Shown here: positions 1 to 43,200 of the stretch, one piece after another | Layout of the letters: each line of letters begins with the position of its first letter | How positions within the stretch are numbered: the stretch's first letter is position 1 | Program-made: the position numbers and the translations under genes | The notes under the pieces: model-generated | Told to the model about the DNA's origin: nothing | The model's database searches: none | The model's input: only the letters and a program-made list of their open reading frames with translations | DNA from: Tubiluchus corallicola | Lineage: Eukaryota > Animalia > Priapulida | Direction of reading: 5' to 3' | DNA length: 64,000 nt | Assembly: GCA_030141605.1 (NCBI GenBank) | Contig: JAQGDQ010000846.1 | Location: 24,407-88,406, forward strand

Positions 1-1773
1 TCTGGCAGTGTAGCGAAGAATCAAATTCAAATTGTATTATTTATTTCCGACTCGTGCCATCTGCCTATGATAGTCGTAGAATTATTATAATTTATCTCTC
101 CCCCCCTGCTATCTGCCTCCCCCCCCCCGTTGTATATAATGCTGTTTCCCGTCTTCCTTTAGCTGTATTTAATGCGTTGTGTACTTTGTTTAGCTGTGTT
201 ATTCGCATCTGTCATAAACTATCAAGATTTTTGTTAGGAAACTATGTCTAAATAGTGTGTACAAGTTAACTAACATTCTGATACTGATAATACTGATAAT
301 ACTCGCATGTAATAAGACTTTAACTTTCCTCAATATTTTGTAAATTATTCCTGTAACTCGACACTTGTGTAAATATGATGGTTCACGTTTTTTAGAGTTT
401 CAAAGTAAAGAAGGGTGTATTCTAATCATAATCTATAGTCCAGTTTCGAACTTTTTGTAATCTTTGGAATCCTCTAATACAGGTAATCGTTGACTTACGA
501 CCTAAGCAACTTACGACTGTTCGACTTTACGACCCGAGCACATAATAATTAATTAATTAATAATACAAAACCAACTAATTTCCTTTCTGTTTTTTTGAGC
601 AAATTAACTGTACATGCGACTGGAAACAGTGCAATTACAAGTTTCATTGCTCTGTCTGATCAACTTGCTGGTCATTGAGAAATTTCACTTTTTACCCCTT
701 ATTCGTTAATTTTGTTACAATGACTATTTGCAGGTAAAAACAACCAACGGATCTGTTAAGAGGGGTTCTTAAGCTTTGTAATGATCACATTTATGTGTCA
801 AGATCATTTCTGGGTTTTGTGCATTTTCTCTAAATTTATTAAGTGTTTTATCGTTTTTTATTCAGTAATGAAGCTTTTTTCATGGGGTACCGACAGATTT
901 TTCTCAAATAGCTAAATTGTTTTCCTACTTAAACAAAAGCAGTCAGCATCTTCAAATAGCCAATGAAATATCCAACTGGAACATGTTATTTATGCACATG
1001 CAGGGTGTAAACTTTTTGTGCACTAATGAAATTTGTGTAAAAAAAATGTGTAAAATTTCACACAGCAGCAAGTCATAGCTTAACCGGAACAAAAGGTTGC
1101 CATGGTGATTGTGACACGCATCTGCTATGTTCATTGTCCTGCTGTAGCTTCTAACATCACGCTGCCGGAATGAGCATTGCTAAAGTTGCTGCTGTTATGG
1201 TGACTGAGTAACTTTTTGCCTGCCGTCTAGGGGCGAGTTAAAAAACAAAGCAAGTGTGTTATTGCAGTACTTGCAGTTGTATGTGAATCGCTGTCTGTTT
1301 TGATAAATTAAACATAGGTGCCGCCATACTTAATGTGCGGATACAACATGTTGCGTGAAGGGGCACCCCTCTTAAATACACTGGGTTAGACTTGCATCCG
1401 GTTCATTTTAAAACCAATCTGCTGGCCCTGATTGTGATCGTAAGTCGACAACTACCCGTATATTATTCCTTAATTGCTTTAATTTTTTGGGCTTCGTCAA
1501 AAAGGCCATGGTCATCAACTATTGTTTCGAAGATCATTAATTCATTACGTTTTTCAGTAATATTAATTTCTTGTTGTCTAATGCATTAGTGGAGAGAGCT
1601 TGCAATCGCTATGGTCTTACTGTTTAATGCTTTGCTTAATTTATTAACTGATAATTGATTTTCGTTTTGCTCATTGTAAGAATTGTTATATTAATACTTG
1701 TACATAATTGAGTTTAATCATGTTGCTATTTTGAAATGTTTTGTTCTGCAGTCCAACGATAGTCATTATCATA

Positions 1774-2157
1774 AGCCTTTTAACAGTTTCGTTGTACACG
1801 CGCAGTTGCTGTAGGTCAAAGGTTAAGCATACCACAACAACGAGTCTTAACTACAACCTTCATGTGATACGTGGACAGAGCAAAGCCATCTGCTGCATCA
1901 GTTCAGTAACTTCAGTTGTTTGCGTTGATTTTACTTAATTACGCATTAGTCTGTGAGTAGAGTGATTTACTAGCAGGATCTTGTTTGGGAACAAGAAAAA
2001 ATGAACTAGGTACGGTTCTAGCTAGCTGTTAAACCTGTTACTAATACAACAGCATGGGCTGCGAGGCGTTGTCAAATATACACAAATGAGCTGTCTCGCA
2101 CACTTAACCTTTGACCTTTTCATGATCATCATCAGTCACTGGAACTGTGAAAAGGTT
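1774..2157 (+). mobile_element. MITE family B (TA-flanked, TIR AGCCTTTTCACAGTT)
   Basis: TIRs at both ends; homologous to 19780-20163 and 32763-33138. Confidence 0.8.
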
Positions 2158-4510
2158 TATTGGAAAACAATGAAAGATAATAATAGAAACATTTGATAGA
2201 AATTTAGAGACTGTTATCTTGACAGGTGATGTCAGTTTAGAAAATTTCAGTTTCCATGTCATATTAAATCCCTCTCATTTGTTTATGTTTACTTTTCCTG
2301 ACTATTTTTGTAAACAGATTTTAATTTTTTTTACTCTTTGGTTTCTCTCCTCTTTAAGGCAGTACATAATCTCGATGAAAATACGTCGACGCAAAAAAAA
2401 ATGGCAAAAAGTTAATCCGTTGATCTGTATTCGAAGCTGCGACCTTAGAACTGCAAAATTTGTTATAACTACAAGATTTCCTTCATGGGTAAAACAAAAG
2501 AGCAATGCTTAACTAGCACAATACTTTTTTGGGTTATTATTTCTTTCACTGTGTTAAGTTTTAGCCTCTTAATTTTCAAATGATGTAACATCTGCATAAT
2601 TTCCCATAATGATGATTAAATGATTGATTATTTGCATATTGTGGGGTTAACGGGTTGATTATAAGTGCATCTACTAATTCATAATGTTTTAACTGCATAA
2701 TTCTATTCTGTGAACGCAAGTTTTCTTTAGAAATACTCATTTTACCCTTGCAGTACTAAAAGTAGAAATTCTTATTCCGCCAGTTTTAGGCATAATAAAT
2801 TTGTTTGTGGTTTTAGCGTAAGTTTTTTCACCAATCGCAGTGATGCCGTGTGATGTATTCGATCGTCAAGTGTTGCCAGCACGTGTGCAATCCGACTCTA
2901 TCAATGTAATGACTGCCGAGTGGAAAGTTTTGTTCTTGTAATTATTTTAATATTTTAATAATATAAATTTATCAATAAAAACTTGTATAATATGACTTGA
3001 AGTTGTTGTCTTAAGTATAGTGTGAATGCATGTAGGACAAAGTAAAGTCCTGGAAATAAAGGCCCATTCATACTGCTTCTCCGGAGGGAACAAATTTTAT
3101 AGGTCATCTTATTGTTACTATAAATCTATTCAGAAACATAGTATAGAAATAATAATAGAGTCGTAGACATAGACATAGACATAGAACATTTATTTTCTCC
3201 AATTTGTTTAACATCAAAAGTTTAACATCATGGAGCAGGGCAGGGAAGGACCATAGGGTCATCTAGTCTCCTGCCCTTTCTTATAAATAAATTACTCATA
3301 TTAAAAATTAATGGTGATGCTGCAGATGACAAATACAAATAAAAACCATATAAATGGTACAAATTATCCAAAAAGAACTGAAAACAAACAAAATAAAGTT
3401 GGATACCAAAATCTAAACAAGGCAATACAATTATTCAGTAATTAGGATTATCATACGTAATAGTTTCAAATGGGGTCTTATTAACAGGTGAATTTGACCA
3501 AGGTTAGTGAGTAAAGTTAAAAAAAAAACAGATACAGAAATATACGTGCTTGCAAAGTCCAAAATTCTACGTAGCTCTTAAATTTGCAGGGCAATTTTGT
3601 CGATGATTATACAAACAAATCTCATCGTTGATAAACAATAGCGGAAAATGTGTGCTAGGCACAACACATCTTAGACGGGTCACCATAGCCAGTAAGACAT
3701 TTGAAGATTTGAATGATTGTGAACTGAGTTGTGCAATGCTGTCCCATGCAGTTAGTAAATGGTTGGATGACCATGTCGAAAATTTTCATTTTATCTGTTT
3801 ACTGCCCATGCCTATTTGTCATTAGAGTTTAGTGCCTCATCGTAAAAGGTTATTGTTCGTGAAATAGGTTCCGATACTACCACAACCATCATGTAAAATG
3901 AGGTCTACCACACAGGCAGCACGACATAATTGTCACAATATTTTTGCAACTATTGGGGATAGTCAACATTGCATTTTTTGTCAATGTTTTTTTTCATATT
4001 GTGAAAATGTTGTACCAATATTGTCACAGTATTTTTTGACAATATTTTTTCCATATTGTGACAAGCTTTTAACTGATTATTGAACCTGTGGTTGTAAAAT
4101 GTAAGCAGTTGAACATTTGCTGGTAATCAGTAATGCTGGTAATTTTCTGGTTCTTCTCCATAAGTTCTTATTTTATTTTCATTTATTTCAAGCTCCATAA
4201 CACTGAACTGTCAGGTAACTCAGATTTTAGACTGCAAAACTACTAGGTTAAACCGAACATCGTGTCATGTCAGGGACTTTATCCATTATTTGTGAGATTA
4301 CAGATAGATAGTGATTTATCGATGATGTTGAAAGCGATGAAAAGTGGGTCAGTCGGCTTAGAAATATTTAATTCAAAGTTGGTGCTTTCTGAGGATAGAT
4401 GGGGCAACGAGCGGTCACTGGTATGCCTTTTTACGTTGGATGATAACATGGCGTTAAGAAGAAATTGGTGTTTTGTACAGTAGGCTTTTACTGTTTGAAC
4501 GAGCCAAGAA

Positions 4511-31192
<26,682 letters not shown>

Positions 31193-31513
31193 TATGCCCA
31201 CTGGTCACCTCTAATACATTCCATTTATCGTTTGTATCACGACGTCGTTGAAATGTGAATTTTATTTTAGCCGTACGATGATTGCACGACGTTGCCGTTA
31301 CGTTGAACCGATCATGAAAGCGTGCGCGATATTGATTTTATTTTACAGTGTAACTTAAATCTTGGGTAAACGGGAACGTGTGGCGATGTAATGTTACAAT
31401 GTTCGGTAGCGCGTAAACTATATGATAGTCGCCTCTATTTACAATGAATTTGGACAACAAAAAACGGCATCAAAAAAGTGCAGATTTTGGTCTGTTTCCA
31501 AGCAGCTGGAGTG

Positions 31514-32147
31514 TAGCGGCCTGTCTAGTATGGCTTCTTGTTGCATAGCGGCCTGTCTAGCATGGCTTCTTGTTGCATAGCAGCCTGTCTAGTATGGCTT
31601 CTTGTTGCATAGCGGCCTGTCTAGTATGGCTTCTTGTTGCATAGCGGCCTGTCTAGCATGGCTTCTTGTTGCATAGCGGTCTGTCTAGTATGGCTTCTTG
31701 TTGCATAGCAGCCTGTCTAGTATGGCTTCTTGTTGTATAGCGGCCTGTCTAGTATGGCTTCTTGTTGCATAGCGGCCTGTCTAGTATGGCTTCTTGTTGC
31801 ATAGCGGCCTGTCTAGCATGGCTTCTTGTTGCATAGCAGCCTGTCTAGTATGGCATCTTGTTGCATAGCGGCCTGTCTAGTATGGCTTCTTGTTGCATAG
31901 CAGCCTGTCTAGTATGGCTTCTTGTTGCATAGCGGCCTGTCTAGTATGGCTTCTTGTTGTATAGCGGCCTGTCTAGCATGGCTTCTTGTTGCATAGCGGC
32001 CTGTCTAGTATGGCTTCTTGTTGCATAGCGGTCTGTCTAGTATGGCTTCTTGTTGCATAGCGGCCTGTCTAGTATGGCTTCTTGTTGTATAGCGGCCTGT
32101 CTAGCATGGCTTCTTGTTGCATAGCGGCCTGTCTAGTATGGTTTCTT
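31514..32147. repeat. 32-bp minisatellite, about 20 copies, in the presumed B56 3' UTR
   Basis: Unit TAGCGGCCTGTCTAGTATGGCTTCTTGTTGCA. Confidence 0.97.
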
Positions 32148-32762
32148 ATTCCAGTTTGCAGTCTGTAAATCAGATGTCAATTTTGCTTTGTAGTCAATAT
32201 AGTTTTATTGGAAAGAAGTTTACTGTTCCCAACACAATTTAAATACCAATATCTATCATCGCTGCTCATTTCGGATATTTTGTACACGTTTCCGCTTCTG
32301 ATTCGAACATTTATTCCTCTGTTTCCAAATTCTGGCTTCCTAGTTGAGCAACTTGTGTAGAAAAAACGATGAAAATGAAATAGAATCTGTGAAATTCTTA
32401 TCATTTGCACTTTAAAACTAAGGAAACTTCAGTTGTTATTTCGACAAGCAGCATGGGGTATCTTCAAACAGCTTGCTGAAGTACGCAGTGTGCGTATAAA
32501 AAGGTATGGACGGAGTTTTTACAATTTCCCGCATACCCTACCCCTAACTCCAACGTTAATGCTAACCCTAATCTACTTCAGGAATTAATTTCTTATGTGT
32601 AGGGAGTTGTAAACTTTAGCCAAATATACCTGTGAAAATGCAGTGCACACCTGTAATCTGAGATTTTAACAAGGCTACAGTTAAACTGCCGTGAAGATAA
32701 GCGCAATGTTTTAAACAGGGTTTCATAATTGTACTGTGCAAATAATATTTACCAAACTAATA

Positions 32763-33138
32763 AGCATTTTCACAGTTCCAGCGATTTATGATGATCGTGA
32801 AAAGGTCAAAGGTTAAGTCTACCAGGCAATACATTTGTGTACACTTGACAACGCCTCGCAGTCCATGCTATTGTAATAGTAACAGTTTTAATAGCTAACT
32901 AGAACCTTACCTAATTCATTTTTTCTTGTTCCCAAGCAAGATCCTGCTAGTAAATCACTGTATGCATAGTGTAATGCATAATTAAGTTAAGTCCACGCAA
33001 AAAAACTGAACTTACTGAACTGATGCGGTAGACCGCTTTGCCTTATACACGTCACGTGACGGTTGTAGTTGTTGTGTTACACTTAACCTTTGACCTGAGG
33101 ACAACTGCGCGTCCACACAACGAAACTGTGAAAAGGCT
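32763..33138 (-). mobile_element. MITE family B copy, inverted
   Basis: Reverse complement of 19780-20163, TA flanks. Confidence 0.85.
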
Positions 33139-33467
33139 TATTTTAATAGTATGCATTCGAGTATATTCAAACTTATTGTTTTATGTAGTCATAAATACTC
33201 TTCACTTTTACTCTACAGAAGACACACATTGAGCTAATGAAAATGAGCTATGCACTTTAACAATGTGCATAAATAACATATTAGAAGTTTTGTGTCGCAC
33301 TGCACAAAAAATGGCTATTGTCGCAAAGGCTTTGTACCGTTTCAGGTATCGTAGAGTTACTGCTTTTTTAAGTTTTTCTAATTGGAATCGGAGCATTTTA
33401 TAGGTAACGTTCATTTAAATTAAACTAATATATAATTATCATTTAGTTAAATATAGCATGTATTTAC

Positions 33468-34054
33468 TATAGGTTTTACATGTCAAATGTAGACCTGCAT
33501 TAACTCAAATGTATATTTAGGTAACTCAAATGTGGACTTAAGTGGTTCAAATGTGTTAACAATGGTTTTCAAGAAATCTTAAGCGTTTATAGTAAATCAA
33601 ATGTAGACACATGTCAAGTCAAATGTGACATTGGTATCTCAAATGTGGATAGGTGGTAAAGTTTAAGCATGTTAAATTTAATCTTATTTAATTTCAATTT
33701 AATAATTGCTCCTAAGTTAAAATAACAACGTTATAGGTTCACTAATATTCTGCAAACTATACATACCATTGGAACTGTTAAAGAAAACAATACATTCTTA
33801 AAATAAACAATGTTTCTTGAGAGAAACTAATTCATTAATGCAGTGCTAATGGATTACTTAAAAAACTAATTAGTGATTCACTGTTCATTGGGAACCAATT
33901 CCACTACATTCTTAACGTTAATTGCATCTACATTTGACTTACCTAAGTCACATTTGAGTTACCAAAACACATTCGAAATTCCTATGTCTACATTTGACTT
34001 ACCTAAGTCACATTTGAACTTCCCAATGTCTACATTTGACGTGTAAAACCTATA
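33468..34054. mobile_element. Foldback-type MITE with subterminal TCAAATGT repeats
   Basis: TATAGGTTTTACATGTCAAATGTAGAC / GTCTACATTTGACGTGTAAAACCTATA; repeated TCAAATGT on the left and ACATTTGA on the right. Confidence 0.8.
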
Positions 34055-34309
34055 CTATGAGCGGACGCTACCGTATTTGTTTTAAATAATTTTTAGCTTG
34101 AATCGCAATGACGTGCTTGTGCATTGTGGTGTTGTGTAGTTAGATTAGCAGTATGACATTCCTGCGTTGAGATTGTAAATACTTTCACGCTTTTTGTAAG
34201 GTAGCCCACCAAAATACCCATAGTTAGTGATCATTGTTCATAATTTGTACAAAGAATAACCAAGTTGTTGAATTTTGTTGATTCTAACTCTGAATAATTC
34301 ATAGCGATA

Positions 34310-34352
34310 AATAAATAAATATGATAAGAATGAAAACGTGCGTTGTTGTTTT
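34310..34352 (+). terminator. Candidate polyadenylation signal of the B56 gene
   Basis: Overlapping AATAAA at 34310 followed by GT-rich GTGCGTTGTTGTTTT; an earlier AATAAA at 33802 lies inside a MITE. Confidence 0.45.
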
Positions 34353-35259
34353 CACGCTACAAAAATTTTAACCATTTCAGGGGTAAAAGCAAAAAATGTG
34401 CTTCATTTTGCAACTGCTGATAATTTTTCAAAGTATTTAAGACATTTAGTATGCACGCTATGCTGATCTGTACAAAGTCGTCTCTAAAGTACAGCACCTT
34501 GCACAGTTTTTATGCTATGCAGATTTTCTAGTTTGCCATTTTATCACTATTTTTAGTCTATTGTTATTGGCTTAAATCAAAATAACTATTAACAGATCAA
34601 ATAACTGTCAGTTTTAAATTTTTATTAATTCTCGTATCCCACGAGATACAACAGGCATGAAAGGGTTAACAACTTTAGTATAGGTTCTTAAACAGAAGTC
34701 TATTGCTACTAAAGGGATTACATAAAACAAATTCTAGTTGAAATAAGGAATCAATGTCTTTATTCCAGAAGAAGCAATCGAATCTGGGTAATACGATTTG
34801 GCTTTTACAAAAGTCTCCAGTAGTATGATAATTTATTATGTCCCTGCCAAGGTTATAACAAAACTCGTGTAATCACTTGTGCTTAATACAAAACTCGTTA
34901 CTACGAAACCCCGTTTTATACGATCATTCCCCAAAGTTCTGCCAATGTGAATTCAATGTAAAAATCACTTGTAATGAGATTTCTCCTGTGGCCCGCCCCG
35001 TCTGGACACCCTTCACTTATTGCCAACCCTGACCAGAGCTTAGTCAATTGTTTTTACAACTCATTACACCTCATAATGTAATGCATGTATGTACAGTATC
35101 ATAGCTAGGCCTGCTGTTGATTTAATCAGTCAACTGTATAGATTTAAATGCCACCAGTCAAATGACTAATTTCTGAAAAGACTCTGAAAAGACTTATAAA
35201 TTATAAAACAAATTATGTAGTGAAACACGATTTTTTTGTTACAAAAAGACACGTACACA

Positions 35260-35420
35260 ACTACACAACACCGTTGAACAATGTGACAGTGGAGCTACCA
35301 ATGTCTTATGTACTACACAACACCATTAAACAATGTGACAGTGGAGCTACCAATGTCTTATGTACTGCACAACACCATTAAACAATGTGACAGTGGAGCT
35401 ACCAATGTCTTGCGTACTGC
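35260..35420. repeat. 52-bp tandem repeat x3
   Basis: ATGTGACAGTGGAGCTACC recurs at 35281, 35333, 35385. Confidence 0.9.
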
Positions 35421-35763
35421 AGCTCAGTTTGTGCGAAATTTAGAGTTAGGCGAAGTAAATTACATGAATTTTGATTAAATAGATCGGTAGTTTTATTTAA
35501 TTTAGGCTAAATTTTGAGTTAAGTGATGTTTTTTGTGGAAAAAAACAAAGGACTAAAAATGGAGTTATTCGATTTTGAGTTACGCAGAGTTTACTGTAAT
35601 GGAAAACCGTGAGTAATGATTAACATATCTGCTTGAGAATAACAAAAAAAATAAACAGATTATACGAGAAATTGCACAATAAATGAACAATAAACATGAC
35701 CGAGTTTCGCCATCAATTATATACAAGAACATTCACAGGTTTAACAACATTTTCAAGTTTTAT

Positions 35764-39902
<4,139 letters not shown>

Positions 39903-40085
39903 GTTAAATTTTTCTTCTTTTGCAAATTAAACTTAACGCTTTTATTTAATGACAGGTATAGTAGTTTAGTATAATAGGCAATAACTAAAAATTGGTTTAC
40001 AATGCTGAATATTTTTTGTGTGTAAGCAAATGTAAATGGATTTCCTTAAAAAAATAATGTATGTTGTTCTATTGTTGGAACAGAT
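39903..40085. promoter_or_regulatory. Head-to-head ALKBH6/ATG14 intergenic region (candidate bidirectional promoter or overlapping 5' UTRs)
   Basis: Only 183 bp between divergent start codons; AT-rich; no TSS can be assigned from sequence. Confidence 0.55.
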
Positions 40086-40288
40086 ATGGCAGCCTCCTGC
40101 AACGAAGAAGAAATTGTTTTACCTCCGTCGGACTTTGCTGTGTCGTCTATTATAGAAAATAACTCGCATGTAAAAAATGCGTCTCTGGAATGCTGTAGAC
40201 TTTGCTTAAGAAAACGGAATAAATTTTATTGCAAATTTTGTATAAATAGTGGCGATTTTCGTTATCCCAGCAACGCTACTGGTGAAAG
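40086..40288 (+). CDS. ATG14: ATG14 exon 1 (cysteine repeats)
   Basis: ATG 40086, AG|GTAGGA donor; CCRLC...FYCKFCINSGDF. Confidence 0.9.
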
Positions 40289-43200
40289 GTAGGACTAATT
40301 CCGTATCCTTACTTCAAAAGTATTTAATACTGGTGCTAAGTACATAGTTAACATTTTACCAAGAATAGCATAAACGATGACGATGTATCAATAAGAAAGG
40401 TTGGTTACTTTTCCTTCAAGGGCCACTTGGAAAATATTTAAGGTCTATAGCGAGCCACAATAACAAGAAATTTAATTTGCTATTTTTATAAAAATACGAT
40501 GAGAATACATGTACATAATAATATAAATATGTTAATAATAAATAATTATGTATGCTAAAATGATTTTAAATAACAGTGCATCCATGTATAACACTGGCAA
40601 AGCTCCTTAGTATGTCAAGCTTCACTAAAATGTTCGTGATCATATGAAATGACGTCATCGTGCAAATGGGTCATGATAAATACAAGTCGCTTGTGGCTCA
40701 CTGGCTGGTCTATAGTCTGTCCACCTCTGTACTATAGTATAGTAAGTGGATTTAGCATGCTATAGTAATGTTTTAATTGCTGTTAACCAGATAATTTATA
40801 TGTAGTATTGATGTTGCGCAAGTCGTAGCAATAATAAATTATTTCAACCACAACGAAATCAAATTTGATGCATTTTGTCACTGTTGAGCCAATAAAATTA
40901 CCATTGCTTGTTTAAGAGAGCTGAAAAATAATTAAAAACTAATGTCTTCCATACGCAGTTTGTACCCTTTCCGAGTTGGCCCATTACGGAGATTCGGAAA
41001 GTGTAGGCCAAAAATGTGGGTAAGTAGCTATCATTGTATTTGGTGTATCTGCAATTACACAAAAAACATTTGTAATCCATAGCTCTACATGTAATGTCTG
41101 GTACAATTGCAGTGGGTGTTTCTGTTAATTGTTTTGCCTATGAAGTGTTGTGCAACGTTGTGCGTGACATGCGCTAAATACAAGTCCAACAGTCTTTTAG
41201 ATGTAATTTATGATTTTTTATTTTCCCAAAATGGGCAATCATCGTCTCATCCCAAAATCAGTATCACATCATGACATATTTGACTGACTGACTGACATAT
41301 TATGAGCGACTCGACTTCGTTTTATCGGAAGCAAATAAAAACATTTTCTGCTAAACAAATGTCAAAAAGATAATTAACTGCTGTAATGAAAATGTGTAAT
41401 AATATTATGAAATATGAAGAAATCAAACTTACATGTTTGCCGCATCTTACTAACTTGCTAAAGAGAACTCGACTGACAAAATTTTGTTATAAAACGACAC
41501 GACGTACTGAACAAGAATGACTTCTTTCCTATCCTGTCTGCAAAATGAGGCCAATGGCCTATTTCCTGTCCTAGCTCACCTGTCTATCAACAGCCTAAAT
41601 TTGCAAAAAACAAACACAAGGAGGCACCACGTGCTTATATCCAAAACAAATGTTATTGTATTGCATTGTTTGGAACATGTTTGTAGTTTTGCTGGGCTGA
41701 TGGTAAACTTGAACCATTCTTTGTAGAGACTATTTTTACTAGTTATATAACATAAACACGTTTTTTATATGTAGGTTTTGTGAGAAGTTGCAGAGATTAA
41801 ACCAAGACAAGAATGAAAGATTTAAATTAATAGCCAGGTAATAGTTGTTTTTTTTATTATTTTTCGAGCAGGTATTACTGGTAGTTTTTTGTTATTAAAT
41901 ATTATTAAGAACTATTGAATTTCATGTCATTAAAAGCAATGGTACCATTGTTTTTAAAAGGTGAATGTACACTCATGTCTCGGTTTGCCGGATCTCGTTT
42001 TTATGGATGTCTAAAGAATTGGACAAAATCTACTGCGTTAAGAAGTCCTGCTTGCTATGGACACAGTCCGTTGTTTCACGAGCTGACCGCTACTCTATGG
42101 ACAAAATCTGCTGCGTTAAGAAGTCCTGCTTGCTATGGACACAGTCCTTTGTTTCGCGAGCTGACCGCTACTCTATGGTTTTCATACGCATGTAAGTCAC
42201 AAGGAATACTGGCACATTACTGTGCAGTATCTACATCTGTGGCATAAAAGTAAACTGGTGCACATTTAGTTAAAACTTTCATTTTCTAACGGTAGTTTAA
42301 TCGACAAACTGTACAGTACTCACTTTTGAACTGTGAATGCTTAGTTTCCAGTTTCCAGAAGTTCTTCGGTAATGAGGTTAATTGCAGTGGACGAGCGGGT
42401 AACACAAATTCAAGGCAAAACCGTTAGGCCAGCGTAATTATTATCAAAAAATAAACCTTGCTTACAAACAAACTATATTTTACGTGATTGTTTCTACGCA
42501 TATTATAGTGCATAAAAGCGAAGTAAGACGACATAAAAACAGTGAAAGTTCATTGGTCACACAAAAGTATCTTATTTAAGCATTGCAGAAGAAATATAGA
42601 GTCAATTATGCGGAGTTATTTCAGTCAACTACTGACAGTTTTTACATACTTTTGCATAGTAGAGCAGTTTGTATTAGATGTTTTTGAGACAATTAGATAA
42701 TTGATTATACATCACCGTGAGTCTAATACACATGAGTCTAATATGTCAGGAGCAGCCCGTACTAGATGTTTTTGAGACAATTAGGCAATTGATTCTACAT
42801 TACCGTGAGTCTAATACACAGTGCCTACTGTACTGGCTTCGTATCCGTAAATGTGGACAATCGGCAAATTTGAACCGACCACTCCCAGCTTTTGTCCGGC
42901 AAACCGAGATATGAGCGTGCTGTATATGATTTCCAAACTTAGGGATCTAATAACTTTGTCATTTGTGTTGATTTGTTGGTGAAGTGAGGATCATCTATTT
43001 CCACGAGTACCTTGTAAAATGATAGAAATGGAAATAAAACAAAATGCATCCATTTTTACAAACTTATAATGAAGGGAATGTGACTCTATTGGATACTTCT
43101 TTTCATATATGCTAAAAGTTTGTTCAGCAGGCGGTATTTTAGGCATAGCCTCATCTTCAGTGAGATCCAGTGGCGACTCCTAGTTAAAATTACTGGGGCT

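Noticed and set aside
1-4480. Short ORFs upstream of the B56 start
   Set aside because: No recognisable domains or coherent exon chain; the region consists of decayed repeats and probably 5' intron or intergenic DNA
32535-32572. Degenerate CCCTAA telomere-like repeats
   Set aside because: Only a few imperfect units; such tracts are common inside invertebrate MITEs
40303-40310. GTATCCTT, a U12-type 5' splice site look-alike in ATG14 intron 1
   Set aside because: No U12 branch site (TTCCTTAAC) before the next acceptor, use would include a stop, and the same 8-mer occurs by chance in MITE A copies
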